Counted from the stretch's first letter, positions 18,699 through 29,628 are shown. The stretch: 64,000 bases of DNA from an uncultured Cytophagia bacterium (GCA_964539665.1 CAZIKB010000003.1:60062-124061); one strand, 5' to 3'. Numbers and translations: made by a program. Notes: generated by a model not told the origin, from the letters alone.

Positions 18699-20384
18699 AT
18701 GATTAGTTCTAACTTTAATAATAAACTCGCGAAGAGATTAATTTATTTATGGCTGTTGGGCTGTCTGTGTATTGGTGGATTCCTACGTTTTTATCAATTG
18801 GGCGGTCCAAGTGTTTGGGTTGACGAGTTGAATCACCTTTATGCGGGACAATCATTAATAGAAAACGGCAGCCCGGAGCTCCCTTCCGGACAATTATACG
18901 ATCGCGCATTGATATACTCGAAATTAGTTTCATACTCATTCCAGGTGCTGGGTGTTAATGAATTTAGTTTGCGACTGCCCAGCGCAATAATTGGCCTGTT
19001 ATGTTTAGTTCTAATTTATTTCGTAGCAAAACGTTTTTTTGGAGTAACTCCAGCACTGTTATCTGTATTATTTTTAGCTATTTCGCCGTTTGAGATTGGT
19101 TGGTCACGAATTTCAAGAATGTACACGCTATTCCAGTTTTTATTCCTCCTGGGAATTTATACTTTTTATCTTGGTTTTGAAAGTGAAAACAAAGATACGT
19201 TTTCGAGAGTACAAACGAATATATTAAAGCGGTTCACAGCGGGGGGAATTATTAATTTCATAGAAAGTTGGAATCTCAATCTTATTTGGCTATCAATTTC
19301 AGTCATATTTCTAACGGTATCCTACTTTGTGCATCAGCTCACTGCCTTATTTTTTGTTGGAATTCTGTTTTATTTAGCGCTCATGTTTTTAGTACAATGG
19401 CGTAATGAAAGTTTTTTGCAGGCGCTAAAGGGGAAATATTTCATACTTTTGGTTTTATCGCTGGGCATGACGGGGATTATGATTTTAGTTGTTCCCGGAA
19501 TAATTGCATTTGTGCAATACGCTGTTTTATATTCGCCCAAATGGGCTGCCATGCCTAAATTCCAAAATCCCAAACTTTATCTTGATTTTATTTTTGACCA
19601 ATATAATTTTCCCATGGGAGTGTTGTTTGTATTAGGCATCTACCAGGTGATGAGCAGGTTACATCGATTTGGATATTATATTGTTTCTATTTTCATGGCT
19701 TGTCTGTTACTGTTTACATTTGTTTTTTCTTACCGGCATTTGCAGTATTTGTACAATATTTATCCAATATTAATTATAGTCAGCGCTTACGCATTTTCAA
19801 ATATTGTCAATAGTGAATCAGGAAGAATTAAAACAGCCTGGTTCAAAAAGAGTCGATTAAATGATGTGATTTTTAAGGCGCTCATTGTTTGTTGTTTTTT
19901 AGTCTGGATTCCACTGACTCCATCCTTACGGTTAGCAAGGCGTATTCCATTCTCTAAGGATGGCGGTTTCAATGGCGCTGTTTTTTTGACGGAACATCGA
20001 CAGGCTTGCAATTACATACGAGAAAATTGCAGAAATGATGATCTGATAATATCATCAGACGCATTGGGAACACTTTACTATCTGGAGCGAGTCGATTATG
20101 ATCTTAATTTTGCAGATTTTGATCTTTCAAAAGAAAAAGATTTAAAAAATAATCAGGGAGAATATTTTGATCTTTACTCTGGAAAACCGTTCTTACAAAG
20201 TGTGTCGCAGTTACAAACCTTAATGGAACAATACAACTCTATTTGGCTGGTCTCTGAAGACTATAAATTTTCCCGGGCGCCAGTTTATGTACCGACCCCT
20301 ATTCGGGAATTTGTTTTAGCTAATTTTGAAAAAGTATTCACAACAAAGAATGGTACTATTTTAGTGTTTCATTTTTCCAAATAA
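18699..20384 (+). CDS. GT-C membrane glycosyltransferase (GT39/GT83 PMT/ArnT-like)
   Basis: The 561 aa protein has multiple N-terminal TM helices with a DE motif in the first loop (VWVDELNH) and a large C-terminal soluble domain. Confidence 0.5.
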   Translation: MISSNFNNKLAKRLIYLWLLGCLCIGGFLRFYQLGGPSVWVDELNHLYAGQSLIENGSPELPSGQLYDRALIYSKLVSYSFQVLGVNEFSLRLPSAIIGLLCLVLIYFVAKRFFGVTPALLSVLFLAISPFEIGWSRISRMYTLFQFLFLLGIYTFYLGFESENKDTFSRVQTNILKRFTAGGIINFIESWNLNLIWLSISVIFLTVSYFVHQLTALFFVGILFYLALMFLVQWRNESFLQALKGKYFILLVLSLGMTGIMILVVPGIIAFVQYAVLYSPKWAAMPKFQNPKLYLDFIFDQYNFPMGVLFVLGIYQVMSRLHRFGYYIVSIFMACLLLFTFVFSYRHLQYLYNIYPILIIVSAYAFSNIVNSESGRIKTAWFKKSRLNDVIFKALIVCCFLVWIPLTPSLRLARRIPFSKDGGFNGAVFLTEHRQACNYIRENCRNDDLIISSDALGTLYYLERVDYDLNFADFDLSKEKDLKNNQGEYFDLYSGKPFLQSVSQLQTLMEQYNSIWLVSEDYKFSRAPVYVPTPIREFVLANFEKVFTTKNGTILVFHFSK

Positions 20385-20435
20385 TTAACTATATTTTTGT
20401 ATTAATTTATTGAAAAATAATGGTCAGGTAAAAAA

Positions 20436-21548
20436 TTGAGCGAATCGAAATTGAAAATTGCAATTATGGGTATTCGGGGTATTCCTGCAAATTATGGCGG
20501 CTTTGAAACTTTCGCGGAACAACTTGCTCCCCTATTAGTTCAACGCGGGCATGATGTTACGGTTTATGGGCGCTCCAATTGTATTAAATATGAAAATCAG
20601 TATTATAAGGGAGTGCGATTGGTCATCCTGCCGACTATTTCCCATAAATATCTTGATACGGTTGCTCACACATTATTCTGTGCCATCCATGCCTTAAAAG
20701 AACGATTTGATGTGATTTTAATGTGTAACAGTGCAAATGCCTACTGTGCATTCATACCGCGCCTTGTTGGCACGCCGGTAGCGCTCAATGTCGACGGCCT
20801 GGAATGGAAACGCTCAAAATGGAATAAACTCGGACAATGGTTCTACCTCATTTCTGAAAGGCTGGCCACATTTACAGCGACAGAATTGGTTTCCGACGCC
20901 CGTGAAATCGAAAAATATTATCAGGATAAATTTAACAAATCTTCGACATTTATTCCTTATGGCGCTCCCACAGATAAAGTCGAGTCCCTGGAGGTTTTAA
21001 AGCAATTCGATTTACAGCCTCAACAGTATGTGCTTTATGTCAGCAGATTGGAACCGGAAAATAATGCACACCTGGTCGTAAAAGCTTTTGAAAATGTTAA
21101 AACGGATTTGAAATGTGTGATAGTAGGCGACGCGCCTTATAATGGGGAGTATATTCAAAATTTAAAAAAGACCAAGGATCCGCGGATCATTTTTACAGGC
21201 TATGTGTTTGGTAAAGGTTATCGGGAATTGCAGTCAAATGCCTATTTTTATGTACAGGGAACAGAAGTAGGCGGAACTCATCCGGCTCTGCTCGAGGGTA
21301 TGGGACACGGCAATTGTGTCTTAGCCAATGATGTTCCGGAACATCGGGAGGTTTTAGGAGATTCAGGAGTATATTTCAGCTCCAGGGAAAATGGCGGGCT
21401 TTCTGAAAAAATGCAGTACCTCCTTGATCATCCTGAATTAGTGAATGAATATGGTCAAAAAGCAGTTTCGAGAATTAAGAAATATTATTCATGGGATAAA
21501 GTCACAGAGGAGTATGAGAACTTATTTTATCAATTATCAAAGAAATAA
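20436..21548 (+). CDS. GT4 glycosyltransferase with an N-terminal DUF1972-type domain
   Basis: The N-terminus KIAIMGIRGIPANYGGFETF is characteristic of DUF1972-GT4 proteins. Length is 370 aa with a TTG start. Confidence 0.7.
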   Translation: MSESKLKIAIMGIRGIPANYGGFETFAEQLAPLLVQRGHDVTVYGRSNCIKYENQYYKGVRLVILPTISHKYLDTVAHTLFCAIHALKERFDVILMCNSANAYCAFIPRLVGTPVALNVDGLEWKRSKWNKLGQWFYLISERLATFTATELVSDAREIEKYYQDKFNKSSTFIPYGAPTDKVESLEVLKQFDLQPQQYVLYVSRLEPENNAHLVVKAFENVKTDLKCVIVGDAPYNGEYIQNLKKTKDPRIIFTGYVFGKGYRELQSNAYFYVQGTEVGGTHPALLEGMGHGNCVLANDVPEHREVLGDSGVYFSSRENGGLSEKMQYLLDHPELVNEYGQKAVSRIKKYYSWDKVTEEYENLFYQLSKK

Positions 21549-21551
21549 ATT

Positions 21552-22610
21552 ATGATTTCTAAATTAGTTTTAGAAGATGGTTCGGTATATACTGGTGAGG
21601 CTTTTGGCGATCTCAAATCTGTGGCGGGCGAAGTCGTGTTCAACACTGGAATGGTGGGATACCCTGAGTGCATGACAGATCCTTCCTATGAAGGTCAAAT
21701 TCTTATTTTCACCTATCCGCTTATCGGCAACTATGGTGTTCCATCTGCTCAGGGTGGAAATGGTTTGTTGGAACAAAATTTTGAATCAGATAGAATCCAT
21801 ATTGCCGGTTTGGTTGTGTCTGAACATTCCAGAGATTTTAGCCACTGGAAAGGCCAATCAAATTTAGACACCTGGCTTAAGTCAAATCAAGTCCCGGGGA
21901 TAAGCGGCATAGACAGCCGTTTATTGACTCAAAAGTTGCGAGAAAAAGGCTCAATGCTGGGTAAGTTGGTTACTCACCATCATGATGTTGATTTTAAAGA
22001 TCCAAATCTGGAAAATTTAGTGGCGAGAGTTTCTCCAAATAAACCCATTGAATATGGCAATGGTAGTAAGAGAGTGCTGGTTGTCCATTGTGGATGTAAA
22101 TTAAATATCATCCGCTGCCTTTTAAAAAGAAATGTTTCTGTTTTAGCAGTGCCATGGGATTGGGAAATCGGCAAAGAACAGTTTGATGGAGTGGTAATTT
22201 CTAATGGACCTGGCGATCCAAAGATGTGTGATGTTACCATAAGAAACATCCGGAAATTATTTGATCGAGACCTGCCAGTTTTCGGTATCTGTTTAGGTAA
22301 TCAGATTCTTGCTTTAGCTGCAGGGGCGGATACATATAAGCTAAAATATGGACACAGAAGCCAGAATCAACCCTGTATACTTGTAGGAAGTAAACGTTGT
22401 TATATTACTTCGCAGAATCATGGCTATGCGGTTGATGAAAAGTCTTTGACAGCAGATTGGGAACCCTGGTTTTTTAACGCCAATGATGGCACTAATGAAG
22501 GCATCCGAAATCGCACCAAGCCGTTTTTTGGAGTACAATTTCATCCAGAGGCTTCACCCGGCCCTCTCGATACCAGTTATCTTTTTGATGAATATATAAA
22601 ATTGTTATAA
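21552..22610 (+). CDS. carA: Carbamoyl-phosphate synthase small subunit (glutamine amidotransferase)
   Basis: It has the CarA N-domain and a class-I GATase domain with GICLGNQ and HPE motifs. Length is 352 aa. Confidence 0.85.
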   Translation: MISKLVLEDGSVYTGEAFGDLKSVAGEVVFNTGMVGYPECMTDPSYEGQILIFTYPLIGNYGVPSAQGGNGLLEQNFESDRIHIAGLVVSEHSRDFSHWKGQSNLDTWLKSNQVPGISGIDSRLLTQKLREKGSMLGKLVTHHHDVDFKDPNLENLVARVSPNKPIEYGNGSKRVLVVHCGCKLNIIRCLLKRNVSVLAVPWDWEIGKEQFDGVVISNGPGDPKMCDVTIRNIRKLFDRDLPVFGICLGNQILALAAGADTYKLKYGHRSQNQPCILVGSKRCYITSQNHGYAVDEKSLTADWEPWFFNANDGTNEGIRNRTKPFFGVQFHPEASPGPLDTSYLFDEYIKLL

Positions 22611-22611
22611 T

Positions 22612-25600
22612 ATGGAAAATCTCCCCAAAAAAGTTATCGTATTAGGAAGCTCTGCGCTCAAAATTGGTGAAGCTGGAGAATTCGATTATTCTGGCAGCCA
22701 GGCTATTAAAGCTTTAAAGGAAACCGGAATCCAAACCGTTTTGGTGAATCCAAATATTGCTACAATTCAAACCTCGGAACATTTAGCAGATCAGGTGTAC
22801 TTTTTACCTGTGAATGCATATTTTACTGAGAAGATTATTGAGAAAGAAAAACCAGATGGGATTTTGCTTGCTTTCGGTGGTCAAACAGCGCTCAACTGTG
22901 GGCTTGAATTGTCAAAGAATGGCGTATTTGAAAAGCATAATCTAAGAATATTAGGTAGTCCTCTGAAAGCCATTCAAGAAACAGAAGATCGTGGTCTATT
23001 TGTAAAACGCTTACGGGAAATTGAAGTTGATGTACCTCGAAGCGTGGCGGTTAATTCTACTGAGGAAGCTTTAGCAACGGCTCGAAAAATCGGCTACCCT
23101 GTGATGATTCGAATTGCTTTTGCTTTGGGCGGGCTTGGTTCAGGGATTTGTGTCTCTGAAAACGAGATCAGGGAATTGGCGGATAAGGCTTTTTCATTTA
23201 CCAACCAGATACTTATTGAGGAATACCTGCAGGGCTGGAAAGAAGTCGAATACGAAGTTGTTCGTGATGTTTATAATAATTGCATCACTGTTTGTAATAT
23301 GGAGAATTTTGATCCCTTGGGCATACATACTGGCGAAAGTATTGTAGTTGCACCGAGCCAAACCTTGAATAACCATGAATATCATCGACTCCGTGAAATC
23401 TCTATTCGGGTTGTTCGACACATTGGAATTGTCGGAGAATGTAATGTGCAGTTTGCATTAAATCCTCTGACCGGGGATTACCAGGTCATAGAAGTGAATG
23501 CACGTTTGTCACGAAGCTCTGCCCTGGCCTCAAAAGCAACGGGCTATCCATTGGCATTCATTGCAGCAAAACTGGCCTTAGGATTTGGTTTGACTGATTT
23601 AAAGAATTCGATTACCCAAACAACCATGGCCTGTTTTGAACCAGCTTTAGATTATGTTGTGGTGAAAATTCCTCGCTGGGATTTAAAGAAGTTTCACCGG
23701 GTTTCCACAAGGATTGGCTCTGGCATGAAATCTGTGGGCGAAGTCATGGCCATCGGGCGGTCGTTTGAAGAGGCATTGCAAAAAGCTTTAAGAATGCTGG
23801 ACATTGGGGTTTCAGGTCTGACCGGTAATGACCATCTGGAATTTGAAGATGTGAAAACCGAATTAACTCATCCCACGGACGAGCGCATTTTCGCGATTGT
23901 AAGTGCGTTCAAAGCGGGTATCTCAATTGAAGAAGTCCATAAATTAACCAACATTGACAACTGGTTTCTTTATAAGATCCAACATATACTTCAAGTTGAG
24001 AAGTTGCTTAATGGATATAAAAGTGGTATTTGTCCAAGAGGCACATTATTAGAGGCTAAACGCGCTGGCTTTTCTGATTGTCAGATTGCAAAAAATTTAG
24101 ATTGCCATGATGACGATGTTCGGCGTATGCGCAAGAATTATGGTATCAAGCCTTGCGTGAAACAAATCGACACCCTGGCTGCTGAATATCCGGCACAAAC
24201 AAATTATCTCTACCTAACCTACAATGGCGAGTCTGATGATATCGATTTTCAAATAACAAATTCTGTGATTGTACTGGGTTCCGGAGTGTACCGAATCGGC
24301 AGCTCTGTCGAGTTTGATTGGTGCTGCGTTAACGCAGTTATGACTTTAAGAGAACTGGGCTACAAAACCATTCTTATAAATTATAATCCGGAAACTGTAA
24401 GTACGGACTATGATGAATGTGACCGATTGTATTTTGATGAACTTAGCTTTGAAACCATTTTTGATATTTATGAAAAAGAAAAACCACATGGAGTGATCAT
24501 TTCCATGGGAGGGCAAATTCCAAACAATTTAGCCATGAAATTTCATCAGGCAGGCATGAATGTTTTGGGAACGACCTCTCAAAATATTGATAATGCAGAG
24601 GACCGACACAAATTTTCAACTTTATTAGATACGCTAAAAATTGATCAGCCTGAATGGAACGAACTGGTTTCGACAGAGGAGGCAAAAGCGTTTGCCAAAA
24701 AAGTTAATTACCCGGTATTGGTTCGTCCTTCTTATGTTTTAAGCGGCGCTGCTATGGGAGTGGCCTCGACTGATGTGGAGCTTACCAAGCTGTTAGAAAG
24801 AGCCGCGGAAATTTCCTCTGAATTTCCTGTCGTTATCAGTAAATTTTTGGAGAACGCCAAAGAAATTGAATTTGATGGAGTGGCTCAAAAAGGTGAGTTA
24901 ATTGTTTATGCAATTTCAGAACATGTGGAGAACGCCGGGGTGCATTCCGGCGATGCTACATTGGTTTTACCGCCTCAAAGAACTTACATCGAAACCATTC
25001 GACAGGTGCGCAGCATTTCCAGAAAAATAGCCCAGGCTCTGCAAATAACCGGCCCGTTTAATATGCAATTCATCGCTAAAAATAACGATGTGAAAGTAAT
25101 AGAATGCAATTTAAGAGCTTCACGAAGTTTTCCTTTCGTTTCAAAGGTTGTTAAGGTTAATTTTATTGATATCGCCACTCGTGTTCTTTTAGGTGAAATC
25201 GTGCCTAAAAGTGATAAATCATTTATGGAGCTCGAATATGTTGGAGTTAAAGCTCCGCATTTTTCCTTTACCCGTCTACAGGGTGCGGATCCTACCCTGG
25301 GCGTTGAAATGGCCTCAACAGGCGAAGTAGGCTGCCTGGGAGATGACTTTGAAGAAGCGTTTCTTAAAGCGTTAATTTCAGTTGGATTTAAATTACCTGT
25401 CCGTTCAATTTTAATTTCGACTGGTCCCCTTGAAAACAAAGCCGAATTTATTTCCAGCGCAAAAATACTCATGGATTTAGGTGTAAGAATATATTCCACT
25501 AAAGGAACTTCAGAATTTATGAAGCAATACGGAATAGACACCGATATTCTATATTGGCCTCTGGAGAAAAAGAGCCCGAATGTTTTAGAATATTTAAGTA

Positions 25601-25806
25601 ATAATAAAATTGATTTGGTAATTAATATTCCAAAAAATTATCAGGAAGAAGAACTGACTAACGATTATATCATTCGTCGCCATGCAGTAGATTATGGCAT
25701 TCCATTGATTACTAATTTGCAGCTTGCCAGACGATTCGTTGAGGCTATGTCAAGAAAAGCGCCATCTGAATTACAAATCAAAAGTTGGGGGGATTACGAG
25801 TTATGA
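22612..25806 (+). CDS. carB: Carbamoyl-phosphate synthase large subunit
   Basis: The 1064 aa protein has duplicated ATP-grasp halves, an oligomerisation domain and an MGS-like domain. It begins 1 nt after the carA stop. Confidence 0.9.
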   Translation: MENLPKKVIVLGSSALKIGEAGEFDYSGSQAIKALKETGIQTVLVNPNIATIQTSEHLADQVYFLPVNAYFTEKIIEKEKPDGILLAFGGQTALNCGLELSKNGVFEKHNLRILGSPLKAIQETEDRGLFVKRLREIEVDVPRSVAVNSTEEALATARKIGYPVMIRIAFALGGLGSGICVSENEIRELADKAFSFTNQILIEEYLQGWKEVEYEVVRDVYNNCITVCNMENFDPLGIHTGESIVVAPSQTLNNHEYHRLREISIRVVRHIGIVGECNVQFALNPLTGDYQVIEVNARLSRSSALASKATGYPLAFIAAKLALGFGLTDLKNSITQTTMACFEPALDYVVVKIPRWDLKKFHRVSTRIGSGMKSVGEVMAIGRSFEEALQKALRMLDIGVSGLTGNDHLEFEDVKTELTHPTDERIFAIVSAFKAGISIEEVHKLTNIDNWFLYKIQHILQVEKLLNGYKSGICPRGTLLEAKRAGFSDCQIAKNLDCHDDDVRRMRKNYGIKPCVKQIDTLAAEYPAQTNYLYLTYNGESDDIDFQITNSVIVLGSGVYRIGSSVEFDWCCVNAVMTLRELGYKTILINYNPETVSTDYDECDRLYFDELSFETIFDIYEKEKPHGVIISMGGQIPNNLAMKFHQAGMNVLGTTSQNIDNAEDRHKFSTLLDTLKIDQPEWNELVSTEEAKAFAKKVNYPVLVRPSYVLSGAAMGVASTDVELTKLLERAAEISSEFPVVISKFLENAKEIEFDGVAQKGELIVYAISEHVENAGVHSGDATLVLPPQRTYIETIRQVRSISRKIAQALQITGPFNMQFIAKNNDVKVIECNLRASRSFPFVSKVVKVNFIDIATRVLLGEIVPKSDKSFMELEYVGVKAPHFSFTRLQGADPTLGVEMASTGEVGCLGDDFEEAFLKALISVGFKLPVRSILISTGPLENKAEFISSAKILMDLGVRIYSTKGTSEFMKQYGIDTDILYWPLEKKSPNVLEYLSNNKIDLVINIPKNYQEEELTNDYIIRRHAVDYGIPLITNLQLARRFVEAMSRKAPSELQIKSWGDYEL

Positions 25807-27620
25807 ACATATTAGGTATATCTTGTTTTTATCATGACAGCGCCGCCTGTTTAGTGCAGGATGGTGAAATTGTTGCCGCAGCACAGGAAGAAAGGTTTAC
25901 CCGTAAAAAGCATGATCAGGAGTTTCCCCAAAATGCCATTAATTTTTGTCTGGATTATGCAAAAATCGATGTCAAGGATTTAGATTTTGTAGCTTTCTAT
26001 GATAAACCTTTCTTGAAATTCGAGCGAATATTAGAGACCTATCTTGCCTTTACTCCAAAAGGAATTACGTCATTTTTAATGGCCATCCAATTATGGATTA
26101 AGCGAAAGCTCTGGATCCCTGACTTAATTCGCAAAGAACTTGGGTATGATGGGAAAATAATTTATCCGGAACATCATGAATCACATGCTGCGTCGGCATT
26201 TTTCCCCTCTCCATATCAAGAGGCTGCGTTTATAACCATGGACGGCGTCGGCGAATGGACCACCACATCTTACGGTGTTGGCAAAGACAATAAAGTAAGT
26301 ATTCTTGCTGATTTACAATTCCCGCATTCATTAGGATTGTTGTATTCGGCATTCACATACTTTACTGGATTTAGGGTCAATTCAGGGGAATATAAAGTAA
26401 TGGGTTTGGCTCCCTATGGAGAACCAAAGTATGTCCAGGCTATTCGGGACAATTTAATCGATATTAAAGAAGACGGTTCCTATAAAATGAACATGGAATA
26501 TTTCGATTACTGTTCCGGATTAAAGATGACAAATGGCAAGTTTGATAAAATATTTGGCGGACCGCCAAGAAAGCGAGAGTCGAAACTGGCGCAGCGAGAG
26601 ATGGACCTGGCGCGTTCGGTGCAGGAAATTACTGAAGAAATTATGCTTAAAACTGCGCGTCATGTTCATGACGAAACCGGGCAGAAGTATTTGTGCCTGG
26701 CTGGCGGGGTGGCCCTCAATTGTGTTGGCAACGGAAGAATTCTACGAGAAGGTCCATTTGAGGATATCTGGATTCAGCCCGCCGCTGGAGACGCCGGGGG
26801 GGCTCTGGGAGCTGCACTGTTTACCTGGCACCAATATTTAGACAATAATCGACAAAGCAATGGCAGAGATGAGTTACAAAAAGGATCGTATTTAGGCCCT
26901 GAATATAGCGATAATGACATCCAAAGCTTTTTAGACGAACATAAAATACCCTATCAAAAAATAAACTCTGAAGAGTTACCCACAATAATCGCTGATGTAA
27001 TTATTAATGAAAAAGTTGTCGGCTGGTTTCAAGGCAGGATGGAGTTTGGTCCGAGAGCGCTCGGCAGCCGTTCAATTATTGGCGATGCACGTTCGTCTGA
27101 GATGCAAAAAGTTATGAATCTTAAAATCAAATTCAGAGAAAGTTTCAGGCCATTTGCTCCATCGGTTTTAGAAGAGCGGGTGTCCGATTATTTTGAGATT
27201 GACAGAGCAAGCCCATATATGCTTTTGGTTGCGCCTGTAAATAAAAATATACGGCGCAACATGACCGAAGAAGAACAAAATTTATTTGGCATTGATAAAC
27301 TTAATATAGCCCGTTCAGAAATACCGGCCATTACGCACGTTGATTATTCGGCGCGAATTCAGACTGTTGATTGTCGTACCAATCCACTTTATCATAAACT
27401 GATTTCAGCAGTGGAGTCTAAAACTGGATGTCCTGTTATCATCAATACCTCTTTTAATGTGCGTGGCGAACCCATCGTGTGTACACCTTTAGACGCCTAT
27501 AAATGTTTTATGCGCACAGAAATGGATTATCTTTGTATGGGTAATTTTCTTTTGGATAAAAAACAACAGCCAGAGTTTCATGATGATATTAACTGGCAAG
27601 AAAAATATGAGTTAGATTAA
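25785..27620 (+). CDS. NodU/CmcH-family carbamoyltransferase
   Basis: The probable true start is the ATG at 25803, which overlaps the carB stop as ATGA. The protein begins MNILGISCFYHDSAA, has a Kae1/HypF-like N-domain and a carbamoyltransferase C-domain, and is 611 aa long. Confidence 0.85.
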   Translation: MGGLRVMNILGISCFYHDSAACLVQDGEIVAAAQEERFTRKKHDQEFPQNAINFCLDYAKIDVKDLDFVAFYDKPFLKFERILETYLAFTPKGITSFLMAIQLWIKRKLWIPDLIRKELGYDGKIIYPEHHESHAASAFFPSPYQEAAFITMDGVGEWTTTSYGVGKDNKVSILADLQFPHSLGLLYSAFTYFTGFRVNSGEYKVMGLAPYGEPKYVQAIRDNLIDIKEDGSYKMNMEYFDYCSGLKMTNGKFDKIFGGPPRKRESKLAQREMDLARSVQEITEEIMLKTARHVHDETGQKYLCLAGGVALNCVGNGRILREGPFEDIWIQPAAGDAGGALGAALFTWHQYLDNNRQSNGRDELQKGSYLGPEYSDNDIQSFLDEHKIPYQKINSEELPTIIADVIINEKVVGWFQGRMEFGPRALGSRSIIGDARSSEMQKVMNLKIKFRESFRPFAPSVLEERVSDYFEIDRASPYMLLVAPVNKNIRRNMTEEEQNLFGIDKLNIARSEIPAITHVDYSARIQTVDCRTNPLYHKLISAVESKTGCPVIINTSFNVRGEPIVCTPLDAYKCFMRTEMDYLCMGNFLLDKKQQPEFHDDINWQEKYELD

Positions 27621-27621
27621 T

Positions 27622-28059
27622 ATGAATTTAATCGATGACATAAAGTTTGAAATAACAAAGTTAAAAGAAGATAAGAGCACCTTAAGAAAATTTGCAATTA
27701 CCATAGCATCCGCACTTTGCATTATAGGTGCTTTAGTATTCTTTCTTGGAAGCAGGGCAGAGACCGCATTCTGGTTATGGGGATTTGGATCATCCATTTT
27801 AATATTAGGTATCACGGTTCCCAATGTCTTAAAGCCATTTCACCTATTGTGGATGACATTGGCCTTTGTTTTAGGTTGGTTTGTATCACGCTTAATTCTA
27901 AGCATAGTTTTTTATTTAGTGATGACACCCATCGGATTAGTAATGAAAATCATCGGAAAAGATCTGATAAATCAAAAGCTTGAAAAGAATAATTTATCTT
28001 ACTGGATAAAACGTGACCCGGTAAATAGGAATCCTGAAAGTTATGAAAAATTATTCTAA
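27622..28059 (+). CDS. SxtJ-like small membrane protein
   Basis: The 145 aa protein has 3-4 TM segments and lies immediately downstream of the carbamoyltransferase. Confidence 0.45.
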   Translation: MNLIDDIKFEITKLKEDKSTLRKFAITIASALCIIGALVFFLGSRAETAFWLWGFGSSILILGITVPNVLKPFHLLWMTLAFVLGWFVSRLILSIVFYLVMTPIGLVMKIIGKDLINQKLEKNNLSYWIKRDPVNRNPESYEKLF

Positions 28060-28068
28060 GAGGTTGAC

Positions 28069-28227
28069 ATGAGCAAAATCTCAATAATAAAAGAATTTAG
28101 TCAATTTCTTATTTATAGAAAAAAATGGTGGTTAACTCCAATTGTAATTGTATTATTGCTGCTTGGTGCTTTAATCATTTTGACTGAAGGCAGTGCATTG
28201 GCACCGTTCATTTACACCTTATTTTAG
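28069..28227 (+). CDS. DUF5989/SxtK-like small membrane protein (52 aa); absent from the ORF track because it is under 60 aa
   Basis: Translation is MSKISIIKEFSQFLIYRKKWWLTPIVIVLLLLGALIILTEGSALAPFIYTLF, which matches the RKKWW...APFIYTLF family signature. Confidence 0.55.
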   Translation: MSKISIIKEFSQFLIYRKKWWLTPIVIVLLLLGALIILTEGSALAPFIYTLF

Positions 28228-28380
28228 TTGAAGAGATTGATTCAACATTATGACAGTCAACAAGATTTATAAAGATGTGTAAGCTTTTTAAGGATACGAA
28301 AAGCAGGTGTATTTAAATCAATTAGTCACAAGCAAGAATAAACTCGCCTCTTCATCCACCCACCCGAAAGGAACGCGCCA

Positions 28381-29628
28381 ATGAAAGTTCTCATGATAGA
28401 TAAGTATTTTTTTATTAAAGGTGGCGCAGAACGTTATTTCTTTGAATTGAAGGATATATTAGAGGATAAAGGACATAAAGTGATCCCGTTTTCCATGAAG
28501 CATCCCGACAACTTTGAAACTCCTTATGAAAAATATTTTGTGAATAACATAGACTATGAATTCACTTCAGTCTTTAAAAAAGCGCTCGCTTTTCCACAGA
28601 TTACTGCGCGCATGCTTTATTCATTCCATGCGAAAAATCGACTAGAGAAATTGTTGTCAGACGAAAGGCCAGATATTGCCCACCTTCATATGATTGATCA
28701 TCAGTTGTCTCCATCGATATTACATACGCTTAAAAAGCATAAAATCCCTGTAATACAGACTATTCATCAGTATAAACTTGTATGTCCAAACTATCGTCTG
28801 TATAACCCCACGACAAATAAAATTTGTGAAAAATGCCTGGATGGAAATCTGTTTCATCCAATTATTGAAAAATGTCATAAGAATTCGCAATTGGCCAGCG
28901 CTTTAATTGCGATAGAAAGTTATTTTCATCGATTTATCCGTATTTATGAAAAGAACATTGACATATTTCATACGCCAAGTCGATTCATGGGGGATAAACT
29001 TAAATGCGCCAATATTGGCAATGGAAAAATTCGACATCTTTTTTATTCTTTGAATTTAGATAATTATCAACCCCATATCGAGTTCGATGATTATATCGTC
29101 TATTTTGGGAGATTAGCAATTGAAAAAGGTGTCCTGACGCTTCTCAAAGCTATGCAAAAGCTCAGTCATGTAAAATTGCGGGTTGTTGGTGACGGCCCGG
29201 AACGTAAAACATTGGAAGAGTATGCAAATCTTAATAATTTATCTAATGTTGTTTTTGTTGGTAATAAAGACGGTGACGAATTAAAGTCGATAATTCAAAA
29301 TAGTAAGTTCGTGATTATACCATCAGAATGGTATGATAACTCGCCTCTGGTCATTTATGAAGCATTTGCTTACGGTAAACCTGTTATTGGGGCCCGGATG
29401 GGTGGAATTCCAGAGTTAATTGATCATAAAATAAACGGATTCCATTATGAAGCTGGAAATGATGAAGAATTAGCTGAACACATCAAATATCTCTCTAGCC
29501 AACCATATCTTATTGCTGAATTTGGTAATCAAGCTCGAGCAAAAGCGGAAAGAGAATTTGAACCGGAACATCATTACAAGCAAATGTATGCCTGGTATGA
29601 AGAATTACTTGTTGGTAATGAAAAATAA
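28381..29628 (+). CDS. GT4 glycosyltransferase
   Basis: It is 415 aa with a GT-B fold and the C-domain sequence EWYDNSPLVIYEAFAYGKPVIG. Confidence 0.7.
   Translation: MKVLMIDKYFFIKGGAERYFFELKDILEDKGHKVIPFSMKHPDNFETPYEKYFVNNIDYEFTSVFKKALAFPQITARMLYSFHAKNRLEKLLSDERPDIAHLHMIDHQLSPSILHTLKKHKIPVIQTIHQYKLVCPNYRLYNPTTNKICEKCLDGNLFHPIIEKCHKNSQLASALIAIESYFHRFIRIYEKNIDIFHTPSRFMGDKLKCANIGNGKIRHLFYSLNLDNYQPHIEFDDYIVYFGRLAIEKGVLTLLKAMQKLSHVKLRVVGDGPERKTLEEYANLNNLSNVVFVGNKDGDELKSIIQNSKFVIIPSEWYDNSPLVIYEAFAYGKPVIGARMGGIPELIDHKINGFHYEAGNDEELAEHIKYLSSQPYLIAEFGNQARAKAEREFEPEHHYKQMYAWYEELLVGNEK

Noticed and set aside
21552-22610. CarA motif GICLGNQ instead of the canonical GICLGHQ
   Set aside because: The catalytic triad Cys and the HPE His/Glu are present. 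The His to Asn change next to the Cys is not a triad residue, so there is no reason to call the glutaminase inactive.
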